Below are positions 24,426-36,400 of a stretch of DNA of 64,000 bases, piece by piece (within the stretch, counting starts at the first letter, position 1; the number at the start of each line of letters is the position of its first letter). Location of the stretch: NCBI GenBank assembly GCA_965235115.1, contig OZ249444.1:29326001-29390000 (forward strand), in the 5' to 3' direction. The stretch comes from Laetmonice hystrix. Taxonomy: Eukaryota. The translations under genes and the position numbers were made by a program. A model generated the notes under the pieces. That model had not been told where the DNA came from and ran no database searches. It saw nothing but the letters and a program-made list of their open reading frames with translations.

Positions 24426-27400
24426 TCAGTCGTAGTTTGACAGATCATCATCGTCTTCATCAAACTCTGACAGACTCATCACTGACGTCCGACCTCCCGA
24501 ACCCAGGGTTCCAGCTTGGTTGGCACTGCTCCCTGTAACAGCAATGAAAAGATCGGTTAAGTTCACCACTAGTACCTCTTGTACACTTACTGAAGTCTTT
24601 AAATTCCCCATTAGTACCTCTTGTACACTTACTGAAGTCTTTAAATTCCCCATTAGTACCTCTTGTACACTTACTGAAGTCTTTAAATTCCCCATTAGTA
24701 CCTCTTGTACACTTACTGAAGTCTTTAAATTCCCCATTAATACCTCTTGTACACTTACTGAAGTCTTTAAATTCCCCATTAGTACCTCTTGTACACTTAC
24801 TGAAGTCTTTATATTCCCCATTAATACCTCTTGTACACTTACTGAAGTCTTTAAATTCCCCATTTAGTACCTCTTGTACACTTACTGAAGTCTTTCAATT
24901 CCCCATTAATACCGGTACCTCTTGTACACTTACTGAGGTCGACCTGAATAAATTTCTGAACAACAGCACATGGCTAAAAACTACTCAAGGCAAGGAAACA
25001 GTCTGCACGACCTTATCTCAAAGACCTAATCCGTTCAGACTTCTGGGTGAGACTATACTCATACTTGCGCCCCAGGCTGGGAAGTCATGGTTACTACTGA
25101 AGTTTAACCCTGGCAATTTACCTTCAAAACGGTAACGTCTTTCCTATCCAAGTTTGTAAAGGAAACGAAGATCGATAATCTATCAAATCAATCGGACTTA
25201 ATAAATAAAGCGCACCTAAAGCAAACACCTTAATTGTACCAGTTCTAATAAATATACCAGGTTTAACTCAAGGCAACATGTAACACAATTTATATATTAT
25301 AACAAAACGTGTGTTATATAAATGACAACCCGTCTATTTTATAACCTCTGGTTCATAAAGAAGGATCGTAAAAGCAACTGATTTAACACAAATATAAGCA
25401 GAACTCTAAAGGTCTCATAAATATCATAGGTAGAGCTAACAAATACCAACAGAACTTTCAAAGTGTGGAAGAGCAAACTATGACATCTAAAAGGTTCTTA
25501 TTGAGGTTTTCTTGTACTATGGCACAAAGGCCATTCCCACCACCACGAGATCAAACAACAAACGTGTTCAGAGACAAAACATACGGGTGCAACAACAAAT
25601 CAGGACAACTCGTGAATATTCAAGTGGATTTTTAAAACAGAGAAGGAGAAAGTGAGACAACAAAATTAATTATCTAAAATACATCTAGTATTTGTATACA
25701 CAGGGGTGTATCTTCCAAACGGGACTACATGTACCGGCATATCTGATCCGATATATTTTTGAAAACATGATCAAGTGATTCCCCTGCAATTCCCGTAATA
25801 TATTATGCAGAGACAGAATGATGAAAGTTTGTCCTATCTCTGACATCTTACACTGAAGCTCTTATCCAGGATAAACTACAACCTTTTACTTTGACCCTAT
25901 GAAAACAAAGGAACAAAAGATGAAGAATACCATACACATAACAGAAATGCAAGAGGGAAATCACTGAAGCTACAGAAGGCACGTAGAAACAGAGATCAAA
26001 TAATAGCAGGGTATCGATGTGTGGTGCCACATACCACCAGTAGGGTGCGTCACGTGGGGTGACATGACGAACCTTTACATTGTGCCAGAATTGTAGCTAC
26101 TCCGTGAGCCTGCAGTGGAATAAATGATAACATCTTCAAAATATCTGACAGCAGGCATCTCCTGTGATTGTGACACATAATGTGAATTGTCAATTCTATA
26201 ACGAAAAAAATCTCCTTTCACATAAAAAAATGTTCCATCTGTATCAGTCGATCTACAACTCTGCACATTCACGAGAGAAATATACTTCAGTGATTCCAAA
26301 TAACCACAATACATGTACAAATTTATGTATGATGATGAACAAGCAGCAGTCCACTTTAGCCAGAAATATTTGTAATGTATCTGTACAAAGCACAGCACAC
26401 CTTGATCAGAAATTTATAAAATTACATTTTCTTTCTACACCACAACAAAATAAAAAAAATAGGGCAAGGAATAATTTTGTAGAAGTAACATTCACTTGGC
26501 GAAAGTCAGAGGGCATTTGCGTACACTGACAGGACGCCCTCATGAAGTCATCACCACGAGCTGTTTTCACACAGGTTATATTACAAACTGTACAAACAAT
26601 AACTGCACATCTCCTGCATTCACTTTGTACAATATTAATGGACATCACTTGGCTAAGGCTGACATGGGAGGGTTAAGTCAGTAAAGATCTTGTTTCTGCC
26701 ACTCAATGACTTAAAGAGAAAGACCTCTGAATGACAGAATTTTAGAAGATAGATTACTGGAATAGAAGGAAACGCTGGTATTTATATTAGCTGTCTAATC
26801 AGTCTTACTTTTGGGGTAAATCACACTAGGAGATGAAGAATGAAGGAGGAAAAGATTATGATATGACACAAAGAAATGAGAAGAATGAGGTAAAGTGATG
26901 AAGAGAGACTAACATACTTGACAGATTTTGTACACAATCGACCACCAATCAGGACTCCATGGCTTCATACAATGATGTTTTAGGTGTCACAGATCAACTT
27001 ATCAATAGGTTAACCTTAGTGATAAACTCAAGGTGGTATTAACTGACTTGTACCTGTGTAGGTGTTAGTGAGAGGCATGGCTAGGGTGACCCGTTTACCT
27101 GAGTTTGCCGTGCGGCGGGGGCTAGGCTGAGGTTTGTGTTTGTCTAGAATGAAGCACACACCCAACATACATGCACAGGTCTCTTCAGGTAATTTTACAC
27201 TGGACAAAAATACCTCAACAATAAATATTTCCCCTTTTCTAACATTTTACCATTTGTTGCTCACAAAGACGCTGGTCCTTACATTAATTTTCAGATTCAA
27301 TGCTGAGAGTGCACTTCGAGTATGCCCTATTGCTCCAAGTGATCAGTAACTTAATGAATTGAACGAGGAGGTAGGGTCGGTGAGGTAGGGACACTGATAG

Positions 27401-30400
27401 TATCAAGGCAACAAAACCAGCTCATAAATGTGAAAGTAACTCTCGACCATGGAAGTACATACTACGTCCTGTGCCTGGAAATCCTGTCAGCTCTATCCAC
27501 AACGTGGCAGCACAGAGACAGAAACCAGAAAGTTGAAACATTATTGGTTAGAGTTTTTCAAACCAAATTTGTTGTAGTTGAGCTATCTCAGGCCAGACTA
27601 TTGTCTGTTATAGATGATGTAAGTTAATCCACACTTACCCTTAGATGATCCCCAGATGCTGGTTCCAGCTGTTGAGAGGTCAGTGTCCTGGTGGCTAACC
27701 CGGGTTGGTGGCTGCCTCCTGTATCCATGGCAACACATTGAAAATCAATTCAAAATATTTTCTTGGAAACATGGTGGCAGTTGTCACAATCATCTATTGA
27801 CAATCAGAATCCATCATAAATTCAATAAGATTAACTCAATGAACCAAACTGGGCCAACATTTCAAATGACAATTATGAGTTATTCTTACGTAGTGGTCAG
27901 TTCAAGTACATGTCCAAGGGGAAACCTAGCAAAGATATCATGTACAAATCATGGATACATGCGAGTATGCCGGTCCCACCTGTTGTACAGTATTACACTG
28001 AACAGTAATGAATCAAGAGTTCTCAATCAAATCAAACATAACAGAGTTTGCCTATTGTAAGTTGACCGTGAACCAGAGCAGTTTTTCCTACCTGTGGAAG
28101 CTGCCAGCCCGACTGGGAGGTGCCGAGGCTGTGTCCTCCAGGGAGGAGATGGAGAAATCATCGTCGTCATCCCAACTATCATCCTGATTGATGGTCATCA
28201 ACATTTGCTTTACTTTTTATACTGATAATATACAGGGACAAATTGGAAAATATTGCATGTTATGCTTCCTGATTAAAGTTGGTTATTCTAAATATCAGTA
28301 AGGTTGTACATCACAGAAAAGTTTATTTACTGATAGGCCTACCTTCTTCTTGCTGTGCTGAGATCGGTCATCTTCCATTTCTACTGTACTAACACCACCC
28401 GCTGGCTTTCTGCCACGTCCCTGGAAACAGAAAGATGTCTGTGTGAGATAACGGTACCATTGACACAATATGTGCCCACCAGTGTACTCACTCCCCTCTT
28501 ACCATGTTCTATGTATGAGTGTGTGAGATAACGGTACCATTGACACAATATGTGCCCACCAGTGTACTCACTCCCCTCTCACCATGTTCTCTGTATGAGT
28601 GTGTGAGATAACGGTACCATTGACACAATGTATGCCCATCAGGTTACTCACTCCCCTCTCACCACGTTCTCTGTATGAGTGTGTGAGATAACAGTACCAT
28701 TGACACAATATGTGCCCACCAGTGTACTCACTCCTCTCTCACCATGTTCTCTGTATGAGTGTGTGAGATAACGGTACCATTGACACAATATGTGCCCACC
28801 AGTGTACTCACTCCCCTCTTACCATGTTCTATGTATGAGTGTGTGAGATAACGGTACCATTGACACAATATGTGCCCACCAGTGTACTCACTCCCCTCTT
28901 ACCATGTTCTCTGTATGAGTGTGGGAGATAACGGTACCATTGACACAATATGTGCCCACCAGTGTACTCACTCCCCTCTTACCATGTTCTCTGTATGAGT
29001 GTGTGAGATAACGGTACCATTGACACAATGTATGCCCACCAGTGTACTCACTCCTCTCTCACCATGTTCTCTGTATGAGTCTGAGTGGAAACACAAGAGT
29101 GATCAAACTACTCAATCAACCGATTTCATGGTACTGGAAGGCAAATCTCTACAACCTTGGAAAACGGTGCATATACAAACAAGTGATACTCATTATACCA
29201 TACAGTAAAAAGTAAACATTTCTTAGTTTTAGAATCACTGAGAAAGGAAAATGGATGATTCACAAAGCTAAAGGAAAAGTTGCACAATGATGGCCATATC
29301 TACTGAAGCAGACGTGCAAGCAGTGTCCAACTACACTACTTCCAGATAACTACTGTAATTTTTTTTCAGAAAAGAAAAAAGTGGACTTCCAGGAGTACCG
29401 GTAAATGAGGAAAAAAATGTGCGACAAAAATTTGTATTTAGAGCAGATTTAGTAATGGTCTCCAAACACATGCTGAGTTCCAGAGAAAGCAGAGAAGGGG
29501 ATGCTGCAGTTTGACACGCTTTGTGCCATAAGTGTAAACTCGTAAAGCCATGAATAATAAGAATGCTAAGCCAAGACCATGCTGTCAAGTATCATTCTAT
29601 TTTTGAGTCTGATCCTGACAATGATGTCTGAATTAAGGAGCACCACTAAACTACCAGTACTATTTGTACTACCTACCTTTTTAATGGGCTGGCGTTTTGA
29701 CCCTGGACTCTCAGACTCTGTGTTCTAGACACGCATACACCACAGACATTTTATATATATTTGTATCTACTTCTAATTCTATACACAGCACATCTTCAAA
29801 AACTGCTTTGTACATGTATAACTCTTGGCAAGTTTCTAATTTGTATCAAATAATAAAATCACAATAATGACCTCCTACCCTCTTCTCATCTGTACATTAG
29901 GTCTAAATAAAAACTATAGCCTATATTCTGCACACTAGAAAACAAACATCACACATAAAGTGAGAACACCCAGAAGATTCTCCAACTTACAGCAAGTTGA
30001 CTTTCAATCTTATCCCTCAGCGCTGTCACCTTTTTACCACGTGGTTGTGGTGAGGACAGCACTCTTTGCACCGTCTGCTTCGGAACTTCATCCAATACAC
30101 TACAATGGACATAAAGGTATTTTAGGGAAGGTAGACAACACCCAAATCTGCAACTTCATTTTCTTTTCTTTGAGGCATGATGAGAAGATAATGAGGGAGA
30201 TTCTTGACAATGTTCCTACCTCCCATCATCCCAGTCACTCTCCTCATCCTCTTCGTCTTCATCTTCTTCCATCATTGCCGAGGTGTTCTTCGGCTTTGAC
30301 CCTCTAACCTTGGTACCATGGGCCCTCGGACTGTCCTCCTGATTGTCAGACTCTGCGTCAGAGTCCCAGTCACCACTGCTGGTCGCAGTGGTTGTGCTAT

Positions 30401-33400
30401 AAATCATGATAAATAGCCAGGATATTACATGACGGCCAAAATATGATATAAGGTGTTTATTCTAATCTTAATCTATACCTTAGGATACTAGACAAAAGAG
30501 TTAACAAAGCATTATCGTACCCCCACGTGTTCACTCCGTTGGTTCCTGTTGTTGTCCCATAAGTTCCTGTAGATGTCATGGTGCTCATCGTCCCCATCTT
30601 ACCGAGTGGGCTGGCTGCCCGCGGTGCTGGCAGGGGTCGGTGACCCTTGTGTCGGACCGGGGAGATGGGCCGACTCGGGGAGATGGGCCTGGATGGAGAG
30701 ATGGGCCGTGGAGGCATGTGGTGGGGGCCAGAGGTGGACGCTCTCACCTTGCTACTTGAGGCAGCTGAACAAATCAAGGTACCACAGAATATAACTTTTC
30801 AGTTTCACTGACTTGTCATGTTCATTTTATTCACAATTGATGTAAATCCGTACCAAGCATTCAAATCCAATCCAAATTCAGAAAAATATAGTACCCCTCA
30901 TGGTTTCCCTGCAATTAAAACAGTTAAAGCTTGTATCTATATAGTACATTAAGGAGGGTTTGACAAACCTGATTGTTTCTGACTCCGTAACTGCTCCTTG
31001 GCCTGCTCATCCACCTGTCTGATATATTGTTGTCGAATGTCATAGAAACTGGAAAATTTCTGAAAACACAACAGAAATACCGTACAATACACAACAGATG
31101 GATTGACCATACCAATACACAACAGATGGATTGACCGTACAATACACAACAGATGGATTGACCATATCAATACACAACAGATGGATTGACCATATCAATA
31201 CACAACAGATGGATTGACCATATCAATACACAACAAATGGATTGACCATACAATACACAACAGATGGATTGGCCGTACAATACACAACAGATGGATTGAC
31301 CGTACAATACACAACAGATGGATTGGCCGTACAATACACAACAGATGGATTGACCCTACGATACACAACAGATGGATTGACCTTACGATACACAACAGAT
31401 GGATTGACCGTACAATACACAACAGATGGATTGACCATACAATACAGTACCAATATCAGTACACATACCTTGGCCAGTTGCTGTCTTTCAGTCTTTAGTC
31501 CAGACAACTTGTTGGTAAGGGCTGAACTGCTGATTCCTGTGGCTGTCTGTTCACAAATAAAGAACAATATTACATGGTGGCCTTCTGAGACAGGAGTAAA
31601 TATCAAAATATCCTTCAGAAGTGGAAACAGTTTGTGCCTGCATTCTCTGCTAATCCTACAGAGCATCTTCTTTATTCAGAAGGTCACAAACTAAAACAAC
31701 GACTGCCTGTGTTGAGTGAAATATCGACCTGACGTGATGTATACCTTCGGGATTCCCCGTTTCTCCAGGTTATCATCCAGTACGCTGTGCAGTTCCTCCT
31801 TGAGAGCCCGCAGGAGGCTGGGATCCTGCTTGAGCTGCTCCAGTAGACGGATTGATTTAGAGTTGATCGTTCCTGTTCCAAGGCTTAGCGTTCCCTCCCT
31901 GACAGATGGTTACAAGTAGCCGGTTTTAGAACGGACCTCAGAATTAAACTAGATAAATTAAAGATCAAATCATCCTCCCACTCCAGTTAATCATGGTTGA
32001 ATCTCGGCTACCTTTGCCACAGGTGATCTCTAGAAAAAACTTACCCAATAAATGGTCCAGAGGCCAAACCGTTCGTTCCAAGTGAGGACGTCGCTTCAAG
32101 TTCTAAATTAGTTCATTAAAAAAACCTAGATAATAAACTTCCTTTTTCATATCAAAAATGAAATATTCTTCCATCAAGATCTCCAGCTAAAAATGCCATT
32201 CATACACTGATTTTCTTTAGTGGTGTAAAAACTATTAACTTTATGAAAGTTATGAATATGACATAAAAATAAACATAATACATAATTCCTTCAGTGTATA
32301 AAATTTGGCTTTAGTGAAATCATTCTATATTTTGGTTTATTGAAGCTGGTGAAAGGTGGTCTCCTCACCTGAATAGTCTTCATCATCTTCTTCATCATCT
32401 TCCTCCTCTCCTGGTGACATTGGTCGTGGAGCCACCGGCGGCGCAGATCTCTGGCGGGTATCAGTCTTTAGTGGCGGCCTCTGTGCTGCCACAGGCTGTG
32501 GGTAGAAATTCTCACACTATCAGTACTCGATTTTCCTTTAACATTTTAATGTTCTCCGTCACAGATATAGATAATGTTATTAACATGGTGATAATCACTT
32601 GCTGATTCCTCCAAATTATTTCTCATGCTATAGACATACTGAGCAATAGATTTGACATTTCAGCATCTTTAATTTGACCATCAGCAACATGTCGTAATCC
32701 ATGCACAGAATATCTACTCGATTGAACACACACTTACTGCAGCAGCCTTCTTAGCGATCTCTTCAATCTGCCGTTCATGAGCTTTCAATTTCTTCTCCTG
32801 GTCTCTTGATAACTGTTATCATATAGAAAACATGAATAATGATTAAGTTGGAAACGTCCTTGTCAGATAACTGGTAAACTGTTCCCAGAAAAATATGATT
32901 ATGGGTTTAACTTGAAGTGACATCCTAATTCAGACTGGAACAGAGACAGTCAATGAGTGGGAATGATGGGACATTGGTATTCTCATCTATTTCTGAAAAT
33001 AAGGAAAAAGAACTGATAGTCACATAATTTTGGTCAAATCATTTTGGTATATCTTATAATCTGATATTGACTTGAGTATGTAGATACTGTGTTTAGATAC
33101 AGCATGATTATTTCTCTCAAACATGAAGTTGTGATACAACTTGGGGCATGCAGCTAACTACTACTATGATATGGCGAGGAGAGAACAAACATACATTACA
33201 GTTAGTACTCCAACACTACAATGCCAGTTTTACATTCATTAACAAACGAGGCCGTTACAGTACATTGACTTCAGCAGTTTACTGACTGACAATCACCAAA
33301 CCTAGTCCTGTGTCTGCACAGACACACACATACTGTGTATCACTGGTGACAATGTGGCACCTAACAACATGTGGATGGTTGCTGATTCTATCACCTGAGG

Positions 33401-36400
33401 CTTGTGTCCACTAACTCTAAGTCTGATCATGGTCACATTAGATGAAAGACAGAGCGACTGAAGCACTGACATCAGGATTAATAATTAACCAAATCATTTG
33501 CAAAGCAAACCATAAGAAGCAGAGTAGCATTTTGTTTAATTACCAAGCATTTATGGGACAAAAGACCAGAGTATGCAGTTCCACTAATGAGGAAAGACAA
33601 ATTAAAATCTAGATCCACATGACCTACTTACTGGGAGGACAACAAAGCAAGAGTTCTCTTTGACACTAAGTTACAGCCTCCTGGCAACCTTTGTGTAAAA
33701 AACTTGAAATTTTGCTATCCTATCTAAAAAAAGCTAATTAAGTAGGATCAGAAGTAAAGGAAAGCAGGGTAACAGAAAAAAGAAATGTTTAAAAATGACA
33801 GTGATTTCATTTTCGATTTTTTGACTGACAAGTTATCAATCTGACTGAACGTTACTGAGGCTGGTGTTTTTATCTTTCTGAACTTAACTGAGGCTGGCGT
33901 TTTTATCTTAGTGAACTTACTGAGGCTGGTGTTTTTATCTTTCTGAACTTTACTGAGGCTGGCGTTTTTATCTTAGTGACCTTACTGAGGCTGGTGTTTT
34001 TATTTCTCTGTGTTTACCTTAATTGCCTGTTGCATTTCAGCCATTTTGTTATTGTAGTCTTCCTCCAACTTTCCACGATCCTCTTGCTCCATCTGGATAT
34101 CTTGTACACTGGACTTGAATTCATTATTGAGCTGCCAGAAGGAAGGGAGACTACACACTAAAAGCTGCTTCTAAAGAGTCCAATCATCTTGATCAGCAAC
34201 ATTTAAAACTGCATGGATTCTGTCAATTACAGAATTCCTCTCTTGAATTTATCAATGATTTCTGCGTAGAATGTAAAATGACGAGTGTTTCTGAATCAGA
34301 TTATTAGCTTTACATTGCCACACAAAATATTTGGGTTTTTGTATATTTTAAATGTTGCTGTCCAAGTGACACACCAACAACCTACAGAGTTCACTATGAG
34401 TGATTTAAGAGCATGCAGGTAGACTTACTGATAACTGAGCACTGGGCTACAGGGGAGGGGACAAATTCAGAACATTCTTCATCATTCATTCACAACTAAC
34501 TCCCACCATGAAACTTAACAATGTACATTCCTTGAAATATTTCATTAGGGCATTGCTGACTTACAAACCACCACAATAAAAACTTCCCAAACAAAATTTC
34601 AAATATATCATACTCCTAAGTATGTCTGTCAACATAGTGTGCTAGACATCTTATTCCAGTAGCAAAGCCAGGACAGGTTTAGTTATCAACTGTAGTAAAA
34701 TACTGTGAGCCTTACACCTGCATCACCATCAGCTCTTAGCCTTATAGTTTTACCATGAAAAATAACAGCACCTGTTTGAGCTCCTCACGATGCTGTTTTC
34801 CCAGCTCTTTCACCTTTTCTCTCCATCTTGCTTCTTGGTCATCAAACTTTGATTCCATTTCCGTCTCAACATTGGCCATCTGGTCAACAGAAAGAAATTT
34901 GAATGTTCAGAGCATTTTACACCCATTTTGTACACCAAGTCTTTCCCCACTCGATACAGTTGATTAAATGACCATAAGAGTAACAATATCCTTGAACTTT
35001 CACCTCCAGTTAATTCTTGCGAACTCCATCTGAGCCTATAACTGTTCCTTTCACCACCAGTTAAAACTAGCGAACCCCACCTGAGCCTGTAACTGTTCCT
35101 TTCACCACCAGTTAAAACTTGCGAACCCCACCTGAGCCTGTAACTGTTCCTTTCACCACCAGTTAAAACTTGCGAACCCCACCTGAGCCTGTAACTGTTC
35201 CTTTCACCACCAGTTAAAACTTGCGAACCCCACCTGAGCCTGTAACTGTTCCTTTCACCACCAGTTAAAACTTGCGAACCCCACCAGAGCCTGTAACTGT
35301 TCCTTTCACCACCAGTTAAAACTTGCGAACCCCACCTGAGCCTGTAACTGTTCCTTTCACCACCAGTTAAAACTTGCGAACCCCACCTGAGCCTGTAACT
35401 GTTCCTTCAGCATAGCAACTTCCTCTCGCTGCTTTCTCAGCTGCCTTCGATCTTCTCCAGCCTCGTCCTCCATAGCACCAAGGTTTGAAATGCCTGAAAA
35501 ATTGTAAAACGCCACCTTAATCTAATGACTAGCTTTAGTATACCAGGTATGTATCTGTAGCTTTTAGTTATAAGTTTGAGTAGTAAAACTTTCACAAAGA
35601 GATCATTAGATAATCTGTTGACCAACAGACACTGCACCTTTCTTTTGTAGGTTCGCTAAGGCCTTCTCTGCACTGGCATATTTTTCATTCATTTCCTTGA
35701 GTTCTGTCATGAACATATCCCGTACCCTCTCCATCTCTCTCTGAAAAAATAACCATATTGTATATAATTCAAATATATATCAATTGTTCCAATCCCGACA
35801 TACTGCAAACAACTCTGTGCAGTTAATGCTGATGTTGCCATAGCTACCTTTTGACCATCTAATTGTTCCTTCTTCCAAGCTTCCATCTCTTGATGATTCA
35901 ACATTTCTCTTCTAGCAATCTCTGCTTGTTCCTGAAAGGTATATAAATAGTATTTATGGGAAATTATGAACACAGAACCGATTTCTTTTCTTTTCTCCTG
36001 CTCGGTGTAGGAGGAGATTCCATTGAATACTCACAGGTCAAGCATACAAATGGAAACAAATGCTTGTTTTAATAACATTGACATACCTTTTGATTAAGAG
36101 AATTTCGGACGTTACGCTCTTCAACCAGTTGTGATTCAGTTAGACGTAGTCTCTCCTTGATGTCATCAAGTTCATGTTCTAGAGCTTTATAGTCATCTGA
36201 GACCTTGTTAGAATAAACGAAAGCACTAAGTCTTCTACCTCTGCCATATAAACATGATTTTCTAGTGTTTATGATGTCTTCAAGATAAAGAATTATGGAA
36301 ATACATACTATAAACATCAAGATTATTTTATTTATAACAGTTCAATCACAGGTAATTCTGCCCTTTTTGTGTATCACTTCAACAAAGTAAATTTCACCTG

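Noticed and set aside
24426-24867. ORFs with (MGNLKTSVSVQEVL)n
   Set aside because: Read-through of the 42-bp intronic array into the last DZIP1 exon. A good acceptor at 24533 explains the real coding part.
31195-31694. Repetitive ORFs (TIHNRWID, VQYTTDGL, VNPSVVYC)
   Set aside because: Frames of the 27-bp intronic minisatellite.
32012-32029. 18-nt candidate micro-exon (ttttctag|AGATCACCTGTGGCAAAG|gtagcc) in DZIP1
   Set aside because: Only 15 nt from the donor of exon 32045-32102, too short for an intron; swapping it for that exon would shift the frame.
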